In this document: positions 38,801-52,900 of the stretch, one piece after another
How positions within the stretch are numbered: the first letter of the stretch is position 1
How the letters are laid out: each line of letters begins with the position of its first letter
Assembly: GCF_964355755.1 (NCBI RefSeq)
Contig: NC_092673.1
Location: 34,531,648-34,595,647, forward strand
Direction: 5' to 3'
Length of the DNA stretch: 64,000 bases
From: Antedon mediterranea
Lineage: Eukaryota; Animalia; Echinodermata
Position numbers and translations under genes: made by a program
The notes under the pieces: generated by a model
Seen by the model: the letters and a program-made list of their open reading frames with translations, nothing else
The model's database searches: none
Told to the model about the DNA's origin: nothing

Positions 38801-40543
38801 TAACAAAATAATAATAAAAAAACATTTTGTATATTAAAATGGTATACGATAAAAATGAAGGCACTGCCCGGATTTGAACCGGGAATCTCCTGTTTACAAG
38901 ACAGGCGCTTTAACCGCTGAGCCACAGCGCGTTGCTGTAATGCTGAATTACGTTAAAAAAATAAAAACTTAAAAAAGTTTTGGTAAATTAAACTGATATA
39001 CGATCAAAATTAAGGAACTGCCCGGATTTGAACCAGGGATCTCCTGTTTACTAGGCAGGCGCTTTAACCGCTAAGCTTTGCTGTAATTTTGAATTACGTT
39101 AAAAAAATAATAATTAAAAAACATTTTGTATATTAAAATAATATACGATAAAAATAAAGGCACTGCCAGGATTTGAACCGGGGACCTCCTGTTTACTAGA
39201 CAGGCGCTTTAACCGCTAAGCCACAGCGCCTTACTGTAATGCTGAATAACGTTAAGAAAAATAATAACTTAAAAAGTTTTTATATATTAAAATGGTATAC
39301 GATAAAAATTAAGGCACTGGCTGGATTTGAACCAGGGATCTCTTGTTTACTAGACAGGCACTTTAACCGCTACGCCACAGCGCCTTGCTGTAATGCTGAA
39401 TTACGTTTAAAAAAAAATAACTTAAAAAAGTTTTGGTAAATTGAACTGGTATACGATCAAAATTAAGGCACTGCCCGGATTTGAACCAGGGATCTCCTGT
39501 TTACTAGACAGGCGCTGTAACCGCTAAGCCACAGCACCTTGCTGTAATTTTGATTTACGTTAAAAAAAATAATAATGAAAAAACATTTTGTATATTATAA
39601 TGGTATACGATAAAAATGAAGGCACTTCCCAGATTTGAACCGGGGATCTCCTGTTTACAAGACAGGCACTTTAACCGCTAAGCCACAGCGCCTTGCTGTA
39701 ATGCTGACTACCTTAAAAAAAAAATAACTGAAAAACGTTTTGTATATTAAAATGGTATACAATAAAAACCAAGGCACTGCCCGGATTTGAACCTGGGATC
39801 TCCTGTTTACAAGACAGGCGCTTTAACCGCTAAGCAACAGCGCCCTTCCTGTATTGCTTAATTACGTTAAAAAAAATAATAATGAAAAAACATTTTGTAT
39901 ATTATAATGGTATATGATAAAAATTAAGGCACCACCTGGATTTGAACTGGGGATCTCCTGTTTACTAGACAGGCACTTCAACCGCTAAGCCACAGTGCTT
40001 TGCTACAACGCTGAACTACGTTAAAAAAATAATAACTAAAAAACGTTTTGTATATTCAAATGGTATATAATAAAAATTAAGGCACTGCCCGGATTTGAAC
40101 CGGGGATCTCCTGTTTACAAGACAGGCGCTTTAACAGCTAAACCACAGGGCCTTCATGTATTGCTTAATTACGTTAAATAAAATAATAAATTTAAAACGT
40201 TTTTGTACATTATAATGGTGTACGATAAAAATTGAGGCACTGCCCTGATTTGAACTAGGGATCTCCTGTTTACAAGACAGGCGCTTTAACCGCTAACCCA
40301 CAGCGCCTTGCTGTAATTTTGAATTACGTTAAAAAAATAATAATTAAAAAACATTTTGTATATTAAAATGGTATACGATAAAAATGAAGGCACTGCCCGG
40401 ATTTGAACCGGGGATCTCCTGATTACTAGACAGGCGCTTTAACCGCTAAGCCACAGCGCCTTACTGTGGTTTTGAATTACGTTAACAAAATAATAATTAA
40501 AAAACATTAATTTGTATATTAAAATGGTATACGATAAAAATGA

Positions 40544-40616
40544 AGGCACTGCCCGGATTTGAACCGGGGATCTCCTGTTTACTAGACAGGCGCTTTAACC
40601 GCTAAGCCACAGCGCC
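40544..40616 (-). tRNA. tRNA-Thr(AGT), representative perfect array copy
   Basis: Identical to the singleton genes; further perfect copies near 43129, 44053, 48606 and 49529. Confidence 0.9.
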
Positions 40617-40851
40617 TTACTGTAGTTTTGAATTACGTTAACAAAATAATAATGAAAAAACATTTTGTATATTAAAATGGTATACGATAAAAATGAAGGC
40701 ACTGCCCGGATTTGAACCGGGGATCTCCTGTTTACAAGACAGGCGCTTTAACCGCTAAACCACAGCGTCTTGCTGTAAATCTGAATTACGTTTAAAAAAA
40801 TAATATCTTAAAAAAGTTTTTGGTAATTTAACTGGTATACGATCTAAATTA

Positions 40852-40924
40852 AGGCACTGCCCGGATTTGAACCGGGGATCTCCTGTTTACAAGACAGGCA
40901 CTTTAACCGCTAAGCCACAGCGCC
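40852..40924 (-). tRNA. tRNA-Thr(TGT), representative near-intact array copy
   Basis: Same body with CT-TGT-AA loop; the only other change makes the first D-stem pair G-T. Confidence 0.65.
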
Positions 40925-43900
40925 TTCATGTATTGCTTAATTACGTTAAATAAAATAATAAATTCAAAACGTTTTTGTATATTAAAATGGTGTACGATAA
41001 AAATTGAGGCACTGCCCTGATTTGAACCAGGGATCTCCTGTTTACAAGACAGGCACTTTAACGGCTAAGCTACAGCGCCTTGCTGTAATCTTGAATTACG
41101 TTAAAAAAATTAATAATTAAAAAACAGTTTGTATATTAAATTGGTATACGATAAAAATAAAGGCACTGCCCGGATTTGAACCGGGAATCTCACGTTTACT
41201 AGACAGGCGCTTTAACCACTAAGCCACAGCGCCTTGCTGTAGTTTTGAATTACGTTACCAAAAAAATAATGAAAAAACATTTTGTATATTAAAATGGTAT
41301 ACAATAAAAATAAAGGCACTGCCCGGAAGTGAACCTGGGATCTCCTGTTTACTAGACGCTAAGCCACAGCGCCTTACTGTAATGCTGAATTACGTTAAGA
41401 AAAATAATAACTTAAAAAGTTTTTGTATATTAAAATGGTATACAATAAAAATCAAGGCAGTGCCCGGATTTGAACCCGGGATCTCCTGTTTACAAGACAG
41501 GCGCTTTAACCGCTAAGCAACAGCGACCTGCTGTAATTTTGATTTACGTTAAAAAAAATAATAATGAAAAAAAATTTTGTATATTATAATGGTATATGAT
41601 AAAAATTAAGACAGCGCCCGGATTTGAACCGGGGATCTCCTGTTTACAAGACAGGCGCTTTAACCGCTAAGCAACAGTGCCTTCCTGTATTGCTTAATTA
41701 CGTTAAGAAAAATAATAACTAAAAAACGTTTTGTATATTAAAATGGTATACGATGGATATTAAGGCACTGATTGGATTTGAACCGGGGATCTCCTGTTTA
41801 CTAGACAGGAGCTTTAAGCTTGCTGTAATGATGAATTCGGTTAAAAAGATAGTAACTGAAAAAACGTTTTGTATATTAAAATGGTATACGATAAAAATGA
41901 AGGCACTGCCCGGATTTGAACCGGGGATCTCCTGTTTACAAGACAGGCGCTTTAACCGCTAAACCACAGCGCCTTGCTGTAATGCTGACTACCTTAAAAA
42001 AAAAATAACTGAAAAACGTTTTGTATATTAAAATGGTATACAATAAAAATAAAGGCACTGCCCGGATTTGAACCGGGGATCTCCTGTTTACTAGACAGGC
42101 ACTTTAACCGCTACGCCACAGCGCCTTGCTGTAATGCTGAATTACGTTTAAAAAAAAATAACTTAAAAAAGTTTTGGTAAATTGAACTGGTATACGATCA
42201 AAATTAAGGCACTGCCCGGATTTGAACCAGGGATCTCCTGTTTACTAGACAGGCGCTGTAACCGCTAAGCCACAGCACCTTGCTGTAATTTTGATTTACG
42301 TTAAAAAAAATAATAATGAAAAAACATTTTGTATATTATAATGGTATACGATAAAAATGAAGGCACTTCCCAGATTTGAACCGGGGATCTCCTGTTTACA
42401 AGACAGGCACTTTAACCGCTAAGCCACAGCGCCTTGCTGTAATGCTGACTACCTTAAAAAAAAAATAACTGAAAAACGTTTTGTATATTAAAATGGTATA
42501 CAATAAAAACCAAGGCACTGCCCGGATTTGAACCTGGGATCTCCTGTTTACAAGACAGGCGCTTTAACCGCTAAGCAACAGCGCCCTTCCTGTATTGCTT
42601 AATTACGTTAAAAAAAATAATAATGAAAAAACATTTTGTATATTATAATGGTATATGATAAAAATTAAGGCACCACCTGGATTTGAACTGGGGATCTCCT
42701 GTTTACTAGACAGGCGCTTTAACCGCTAAGCCACAGTGCTTTGCTACAACGCTGAACTACGTTAAAAAAATAATAACTAAAAAACGTTTTGTATATTCAA
42801 ATGGTATACAATAAAAATTAAGGCACTGCCCGGATTTGAACCGGGGATCTCCTGTTTACAAGACAGGCGCTTTAACAGCTAAACCACAGGGCCTTCATGT
42901 ATTGCTTAATTACGTTAAATAAAATAATAAATTTAAAACGTTTTTGTACATTATAATGGTGTACGATAAAAATTGAGGCACTGCCCTGATTTGAACTAGG
43001 GATCTCCTGTTTACAAGACAGGCGCTTTAACCGCTAATCCACAGCGCCTTGCTGTAATTTTGAATTACGTTAAAAAAATAATAATTAAAAAACATTTTGT
43101 ATATTAAAATGGTATACGATAAAAATGAAGGCACTGCCCGGATTTGAACCGGGGATCTCCTGTTTACTAGACAGGCGCTTTAACCGCTAAGCCACAGCGC
43201 CTTACTGTGGTTTTGAATTACGTTAACAAAATAATAATGAAAAAACATTTTGTTTATTAAAATGGTATACGATAAAAATGAAGGCAGTGCCCGGATTTGA
43301 ACCGGGGATCTCTTGTTTACTAGACAGGCGCTTTAACCGCTAATCCACACCGCCTTGCTGTAAGTTTGAATTACGTTAAAAAAATAATAACTTAAAAAAG
43401 TTTTGGTAAATTAAACTGATATACGATCAAAATTAAGGAACTGCCCGGATTTGAACCAGGGATCTCCTGTTTACTAGGCAGGCGATTTAACCGCTACGCC
43501 ACAGCGCTTTGCTACATCGCTGAACTACGTTAAAAAAATAATAACTAAAAAACATTTTGTATATTCAAATGGTATACAATAAAAATTAAGGCACTGCCCG
43601 GATTTGAACCGGGGATCTCCTGTTCACAAGACAGGCGCTTTAACAGCTAAACCACAGCGCCTTCATGTATTGCTTAATTACGTTAAAGAAAATAATAAAT
43701 TTAAAACGTTTTTGTACATTATAATGGTGTACGATAAAAATTTAGGCACTGCCCTGATTTGAACTAGGGATCTCCTGTTTACAAGACAGGCGTTTTAACC
43801 GCTAATCCACAGCGCCTTGCTGTAATTTTGAATTACGTTAAAAAAATAATAATTAAAAAACATTAATTTGTATATTAAAATGGTATACGATAAAAATGAA

Positions 43901-46900
43901 GGCACTGCCCGGATTTGAACCGGGGATCTCCTGTTTACTAGACAGGCGCTTTAACCGCTAAACCACAGCGCCTTACTGTAGTTTTGAATTACGTTAACAA
44001 AATAATAATGAAAAAACATTTTGTATATTAAAATGGTATACGATAAAAATGAAGGCACTGCCCGGATTTGAACCGGGGATCTCCTGTTTACTAGACAGGC
44101 GCTTTAACCGCTAAGCCACAGCGCCTTACTGTAGTTTTGAATTACGTTAACAAAATAATAATGAAAAAACATTTTGTATATTAAAATGGTATACGATAAA
44201 AAATGAAGGCACTGACCGGATTTGAACCGGGAATCTCCTGTTTACAAGACAGGCGCTTTAACCGCTAAACCACAGCGTCTTGCTGTAAATCTGAATTACG
44301 TTTAAAAAAATAATATCTTAAAAAAGTTTTTGGTAATTTAACTGGTATACGATCTAAATTAAGGCACTGCCCGGATTTGAACCGGGGATCTCCTGTTTAC
44401 AAGACAGGCACTTTAACCGCTAAGCCACAGCGCCTTCATGTATTGCTTAATTACGTTAAATAAAATAATAAATTCAAAACGTTTTTGTATATTAAAATGG
44501 TGTACGATAAAAATTGAGGCACTGCCCTGTATTGAACCAGGGATCTCCTGTTTACAAGACAGGCACTTTAACGGCTAAGCTACAGCGCCTTGCTGTAATC
44601 TTGAATTACGTTAAAAAAATTAATAATTAAAAAACAGTTTGTATATTAAATTGGTATACGATAAAAATAAAGGCACTGCCCGGATTTGAACCGGGAATCT
44701 CACGTTTACTAGACAGGCGCTTTAACCACTAAGCCACAGCGCCTTGCTGTAGTTTTGAATTACGTTACCAAAAAAATAATGAAAAAACATTTTGTATATT
44801 AAAATGGTATACAATAAAAATAAAGGCACTGCCCGGAAGTGAACCTGGGATCTCCTGTTTACTAGACGCTAAGCCACAGCGCCTTACTGTAATGCTGAAT
44901 TACGTTAAGAAAAATAATAACTTAAAAAGTTTTTGTATATTAAAATGGTATACAATAAAAATCAAGGCAGTGCCCGGATTTGAACCCGGGATCTCCTGTT
45001 TACAAGACAGGCGCTTTAACCGCTAAGCAACAGCGACCTGCTGTAATTTTGATTTACGTTAAAAAAAATAATAATGAAAAAAAATTTTGTATATTATAAT
45101 GGTATATGATAAAAATTAAGACAGCGCCCGGATTTGAACCGGGGATCTCCTGTTTACAAGACAGGCGCTTTAACCGCTAAGCAACAGTGCCTTCCTGTAT
45201 TGCTTAATTACGTTAAGAAAAATAATAACTAAAAAACGTTTTGTATATTAAAATGGTATACGATGGATATTAAGGCACTGATTGGATTTGAACCGGGGAT
45301 CTCCTGTTTACTAGACAGGAGCTTTAAGCTTGCTGTAATGATGAATTCGGTTAAAAAGATAGTAACTGAAAAAACGTTTTGTATATTAAAATGGTATACG
45401 ATAAAAATGAAGGCACTGCCCGGATTTGAACCAAGAATCTCCTGTTTACAAGACAGGCGCTTTAACCGCTAAGCCACAGCGCCTTGCTGTAATGCTGACT
45501 ACCTTAAAAAAAAAATAACTGAAAAACGTTTTGTATATTAAAATGGTATACAATAAAAATAAAGGCACTGCCCGGATTTGAACCGGGGATCTCCTGTTTA
45601 CTAGACAGGCGCTTTAACCGCTAAGCCACAGCACCCTCCTGTATTTCTTAATTACGTTAAGAAAAATAATAACTGAAAAACATTTTGTTTAATAAAATGG
45701 TATACGATAAAAATTAAGGCACTGGCTGGAGTTGAACCGGGGATCTCTTGTTTACTAGACAGGCGCTTTAACCAATAAGCCACAGCGCCTTGCTGTAATT
45801 TTGAATTACGTTAAAAAAATAATGATTAAAAAACATTTTGTATATTAAAATGGTATACGATAAAAATGAAGGCACTGCCCGGATTTGAACCAGGGATCTC
45901 CTGTTTACTAGACAGGCTCTTTAACCGCTAAGCCAAAGCGCCTTGCTGTAATGCTGACTACCTTAAAAAAAAATAACTGAAAAACGTTTTGTATATTAAA
46001 ATGGTATACAATAAAAATAAAGGCACTGCCCGGATTTGAACCGGGGATCTCCTGTTTACTAGACGCTAAGCCACAGCGCCTTACTGTAATGCTGATTTAC
46101 GTTAAGAAAAATAATAACTTAAAAAGTTTTTGTATATTAAAATGGTATACAATAAAAATCAAGGCACTGCCCGGATTTGAACCGGGGATCTCCTGTTTAC
46201 AAGACAGGCGCTTTAACCGCTAAGCAATAGCGACTTGCTGTAATTTTGATTTACGTTAAAAAAAATAATAATGAAAAAACATTTTGTATATTATAATGGC
46301 ATATGATAAAAATTAAGACAGCGCCCGGATTTGAACCGGGGATCTCCTGTTTACAAGACAGGCGCTTTAACCGCTAAGCAACAGCTCCTTCCTGTATTGC
46401 TTAATTACGTTAAGAAAAATAATAACTAAAAAACGTTTTGTATATTAAAATGGTATACGATGGATATTAAGGCACTGATTGGATTTGAACCGGGGATCTC
46501 CTGTTTACTAGACAGGCGCTTTAACCTTCCTGTAATGATGAATTCGGTTAAAAAGATAGTAACTGAAAAAACGTTTTGTATATTAAAATGGTATACGATA
46601 AAAATGAAGGCACTGCCCGGATTTGAACCAAGAATCTTCTGTTTACAAGACAGGTGCTTTAACCGCTAAGCCACAGCTCCTTGCTGTTATGCTGACTACC
46701 TTAAAAAAAAAATAACTGAAAAACGTTTTGTATATTAAAATGGTATACAATAAAAATCAAGGCACTGCCCGGATTTGAACCAGGGATCTCCTGTTTACTA
46801 GAAAGGCACTTTAACCGTTAAACCACAATGCCTTCCTGTATTGCTTAATTACGTTAAGAAAAATAATAACTTAAAAAAGTTTTGGTAAATTGAACTGGTA

Positions 46901-49900
46901 TACGATCAAAATTAAGGCACTGCCCGGATTTGAACCGGGGATCTCCTGTTTACAAGACAGGCGCTTTAACCGCTAAGCAACAGCACCCTCCTGTATTGCT
47001 TAATTACGTTAAGAAAAATAATAACTGAAAAACATTTTGTTTAATAAAATGGTATACGATAAAAATTAAGGCACTGGCTGGAGTTGAACCGTGGATCTCT
47101 TGTTTACTAGACAGGCGCTTTAACCAATAAGCCACAGCACCTTGCTGTAATTTTGAATTACGTTAAAAAAAATGATAATTTAAAAACATTTTGTATATTA
47201 AAATGGTATACGATAAAAATGAAGGCACTGCCCGGATTTGAACCAGGGATCTCCTGTTTACTAGACAGGCGCTTTAACCGCTAAGCCACAGCACCTTACT
47301 GTAGTTTTGAATTACGTTAACAAAACAATAATGAAAAAACATTTTGTATATTAAAATGGTATACGATAAAAATAAAGGCCCTGCACGGATTTGAACCGGG
47401 GATCTCCTGTTTAGAAGACAGGCGCTTTAACCGCTAAGCAACAGCGCCTTCCTGTATTGCTTAATTACGTTAAGAAAAATAATAACTAAAAAACGTTTTG
47501 TATATTAAAATGGTATACGATGGATATTAAGGCACTGATTGGATTTGAACCGGGGACCTCCTGTTTACTAGACAGGCACTTTAACCGCTACGCCACAGCG
47601 CCTTGCTGTAATGCTGAATTACGTTTAAAAAAAAATAACTTAAAAAAGTTTTGGTAAATTGAACTGGTATACGATCAAAATTAAGGCACTGCCCGGATTT
47701 GAACCAGGGATCTCCTGTTTACTAGACAGGCGCTGTAACCGCTAAGCCACAGCACCTTGCTGTAATTTTGATTTACGTTAAAAAAAATAATAATGAAAAA
47801 ACATTTTGTATATTATAATGGTATACGATAAAAATGAAGGCACTTCCCAGATTTGAACCGGGGATCTCCTGTTTACAAGACAGGCACTTTAACCGCTAAG
47901 CCACAGCGCCTTGCTGTAATGCTGACTACCTTAAAAAAAAAATAACTGAAAAACGTTTTGTATATTAAAATGGTATACAATAAAAACCAAGGCACTGCCC
48001 GGATTTGAACCTGGGATCTCCTGTTTACAAGACAGGCGCTTTAACCGCTAAGCAACAGCGCCCTTCCTGTATTGCTTAATTACGTTAAAAAAAATAATAA
48101 TGAAAAAACATTTTGTATATTATAATGGTATATGATAAAAATTAAGGCACCACCTGGATTTGAACTGGGGATCTCCTGTTTACTAGACAGGCGCTTTAAC
48201 CGCTAAGCCACAGTGCTTTGCTACAACGCTGAACTACGTTAAAAAAATAATAACTAAAAAACGTTTTGTATATTCAAATGGTATACAATAAAAATTAAGG
48301 CACTGCCCGGATTTGAACCGGGGATCTCCTGTTTACAAGACAGGCGCTTTAACAGCTAAACCACAGGGCCTTCATGTATTGCTTAATTACGTTAAATAAA
48401 ATAATAAATTTAAAACGTTTTTGTACATTATAATGGTGTACGATAAAAATTGAGGCACTGCCCTGATTTGAACTAGGGATCTCCTGTTTACAAGACAGGC
48501 GCTTTAACCGCTAATCCACAGCGCCTTGCTGTAATTTTGAATTACGTTAAAAAAATAATAATTAAAAAACATTTTGTATATTAAAATGGTATACGATAAA
48601 AATGAAGGCACTGCCCGGATTTGAACCGGGGATCTCCTGTTTACTAGACAGGCGCTTTAACCGCTAAGCCACAGCGCCTTACTGTGGTTTTGAATTACGT
48701 TAACAAAATAATAATGAAAAAACATTTTGTATATTAAAATGGTATACGATAAAAATGAAGGCAGTGCCCGGATTTGAACCGGGGATCTCTTGTTTACTAG
48801 ACAGGCGCTTTAACCGCTAATCCACACCGCCTTGCTGTAAGTTTGAATTACGTTAAAAAAATAATAACTTAAAAAAGTTTTGGTAAATTAAACTGATATA
48901 CGATCAAAATTAAGGAACTGCCCGGATTTGAACCAGGGATCTCCTGTTTACTAGGCAGGCGATTTAACCGCTACGCCACAGCGCTTTGCTACATCGCTGA
49001 ACTACGTTAAAAAAATAATAACTAAAAAACATTTTGTATATTCAAATGGTATACAATAAAAATTAAGGCACTGCCCGGATTTGAACCGGGGATCTCCTGT
49101 TCACAAGACAGGCGCTTTAACAGCTAAACCACAGCGCCTTCATGTATTGCTTAATTACGTTAAAGAAAATAATAAATTTAAAACGTTTTTGTACATTATA
49201 ATGGTGTACGATAAAAATTTAGGCACTGCCCTGATTTGAACTAGGGATCTCCTGTTTACAAGACAGGCGTTTTAACCGCTAATCCACAGCGCCTTGCTGT
49301 AATTTTGAATTACGTTAAAAAAATAATAATTAAAAAACATTAATTTGTATATTAAAATGGTATACGATAAAAATGAAGGCACTGCCCGGATTTGAACCGG
49401 GGATCTCCTGTTTACTAGACAGGCGCTTTAACCGCTAAACCACAGCGCCTTACTGTAGTTTTGAATTACGTTAACAAAATAATAATGAAAAACATTTTGT
49501 ATATTAAAATGGTATACGATAAAAATGAAGGCACTGCCCGGATTTGAACCGGGGATCTCCTGTTTACTAGACAGGCGCTTTAACCGCTAAGCCACAGCGC
49601 CTTACTGTAGTTTTGAATTACGTTAACAAAATAATAATGAAAAAACATTTTGTATATTAAAATGGTATACGATAAAAAATGAAGGCACTGACCGGATTTG
49701 AACCGGGAATCTCCTGTTTACAAGACAGGCGCTTTAACCGCTAAACCACAGCGTCTTGCTGTAAATCTGAATTACGTTTAAAAAAATAATATCTTAAAAA
49801 AGTTTTTGGTAATTTAACTGGTATACGATCTAAATTAAGGCACTGCCCGGATTTGAACCGGGGATCTCCTGTTTACAAGACAGGCACTTTAACCGCTAAG

Positions 49901-52900
49901 CCACAGCGCCTTCATGTATTGCTTAATTACGTTAAATAAAATAATAAATTCAAAACGTTTTTGTATATTAAAATGGTGTACGATAAAAATTGAGGCACTG
50001 CCCTGTATTGAACCAGGGATCTCCTGTTTACAAGACAGGCACTTTAACGGCTAAGCTACAGCGCCTTGCTGTAATCTTGAATTACGTTAAAAAAATTAAT
50101 AATTAAAAAACAGTTTGTATATTAAATTGGTATACGATAAAAATAAAGGCACTGCCCGGATTTGAACCGGGAATCTCACGTTTACTAGACAGGCGCTTTA
50201 ACCACTAAGCCACAGCGCCTTGCTGTAGTTTTGAATTACGTTACCAAAAAAATAATGAAAAAACATTTTGTATATTAAAATGGTATACAATAAAAATAAA
50301 GGCACTGCCCGGAAGTGAACCTGGGATCTCCTGTTTACTAGACGCTAAGCCACAGCGCCTTACTGTAATGCTGAATTACGTTAAGAAAAATAATAACTTA
50401 AAAAGTTTTTGTATATTAAAATGGTATACAATAAAAATCAAGGCAGTGCCCGGATTTGAACCCGGGATCTCCTGTTTACAAGACAGGCGCTTTAACCGCT
50501 AAGCAACAGCGACCTGCTGTAATTTTGATTTACGTTAAAAAAAATAATAATGAAAAAAAATTTTGTATATTATAATGGTATATGATAAAAATTAAGACAG
50601 CGCCCGGATTTGAACCGGGGATCTCCTGTTTACAAGACAGGCGCTTTAACCGCTAAGCAACAGTGCCTTCCTGTATTGCTTAATTACGTTAAGAAAAATA
50701 ATAACTAAAAAACGTTTTGTATATTAAAATGGTATACGATGGATATTAAGGCACTGATTGGATTTGAACCGGGGATCTCCTGTTTACTAGACAGGAGCTT
50801 TAAGCTTGCTGTAATGATGAATTCGGTTAAAAAGATAGTAACTGAAAAAACGTTTTGTATATTAAAATGGTATACGATAAAAATGAAGGCACTGCCCGGA
50901 TTTGAACCAAGAATCTCCTGTTTACAAGACAGGCGCTTTAACCGCTAAGCCACAGCGCCTTGCTGTAATGCTGACTACCTTAAAAAAAAAATAACTGAAA
51001 AACGTTTTGTATATTAAAATGGTATACAATAAAAATAAAGGCACTGCCCGGATTTGAACCGGGGATCTCCTGTTTACTAGACAGGCGCTTTAACCGCTAA
51101 GCCACAGCACCCTCCTGTATTTCTTAATTACGTTAAGAAAAATAATAACTGAAAAACATTTTGTTTAATAAAATGGTATACGATAAAAATTAAGGCACTG
51201 GCTGGAGTTGAACCGGGGATCTCTTGTTTACTAGACAGGCGCTTTAACCAATAAGCCACAGCGCCTTGCTGTAATTTTGAATTACGTTAAAAAAATAATG
51301 ATTAAAAAACATTTTGTATATTAAAATGGTATACGATAAAAATGAAGGCACTGCCCGGATTTGAACCAGGGATCTCCTGTTTACTAGACAGGCTCTTTAA
51401 CCGCTAAGCCAAAGCGCCTTGCTGTAATGCTGACTACCTTAAAAAAAAATAACTGAAAAACGTTTTGTATATTAAAATGGTATACAATAAAAATAAAGGC
51501 ACTGCCCGGATTTGAACCGGGGATCTCCTGTTTACTAGACGCTAAGCCACAGCGCCTTACTGTAATGCTGATTTACGTTAAGAAAAATAATAACTTAAAA
51601 AGTTTTTGTATATTAAAATGGTATACAATAAAAATCAAGGCACTGCCCGGATTTGAACCGGGGATCTCCTGTTTACAAGACAGGCGCTTTAACCGCTAAG
51701 CAATAGCGACTTGCTGTAATTTTGATTTACGTTAAAAAAAATAATAATGAAAAAACATTTTGTATATTATAATGGTATATGATAAAAATTAAGACAGCGC
51801 CCGGATTTGAACCGGGGATCTCCTGTTTACAAGACAGGCGCTTTAACCGCTAAGCAACAGCTCCTTCCTGTATTGCTTAATTACGTTAAGAAAAATAATA
51901 ACTAAAAAACGTTTTGTATATTAAAATGGTATACGATGGATATTAAGGCACTGATTGGATTTGAACCGGGGATCTCCTGTTTACTAGACAGGCGCTTTAA
52001 CCTTCCTGTAATGATGAATTCGGTTAAAAAGATAGTAACTGAAAAAACGTTTTGTATATTAAAATGGTATACGATAAAAATGAAGGCACTGCCCGGATTT
52101 GAACCAAGAATCTTCTGTTTACAAGACAGGTGCTTTAACCGCTAAGCCACAGCTCCTTGCTGTTATGCTGACTACCTTAAAAAAAAAATAACTGAAAAAC
52201 GTTTTGTATATTAAAATGGTATACAATAAAAATCAAGGCACTGCCCGGATTTGAACCAGGGATCTCCTGTTTACTAGAAAGGCACTTTAACCGTTAAACC
52301 ACAACGCCTTCCTGTATTGCTTAATTACGTTAAGAAAAATAATAACTTAAAAAAGTTTTGGTAAATTGAACTGGTATACGATCAAAATTAAGGCACTGCC
52401 CGGATTTGAACCGGGGATCTCCTGTTTACAAGACAGGCGCTTTAACCGCTAAGCAACAGCACCCTCCTGTATTGCTTAATTACGTTAAGAAAAATAATAA
52501 CTGAAAAACATTTTGTTTAATAAAATGGTATACGATAAAAATTAAGGCACTGGCTGGAGTTGAACCGTGGATCTCTTGTTTACTAGACAGGCGCTTTAAC
52601 CAATAAGCCACAGCACCTTGCTGTAATTTTGAATTACGTTAAAAAAAATGATAATTTAAAAACATTTTGTATATTAAAATGGTATACGATAAAAATGAAG
52701 GCACTGCCCGGATTTGAACCAGGGATCTCCTGTTTACTAGACAGGCGCTTTAACCGCTAAGCCACAGCACCTTACTGTAGTTTTGAATTACGTTAACAAA
52801 ACAATAATGAAAAAACATTTTGTATATTAAAATGGTATACGATAAAAATAAAGGCCCTGCACGGATTTGAACCGGGGATCTCCTGTTTAGAAGACAGGCG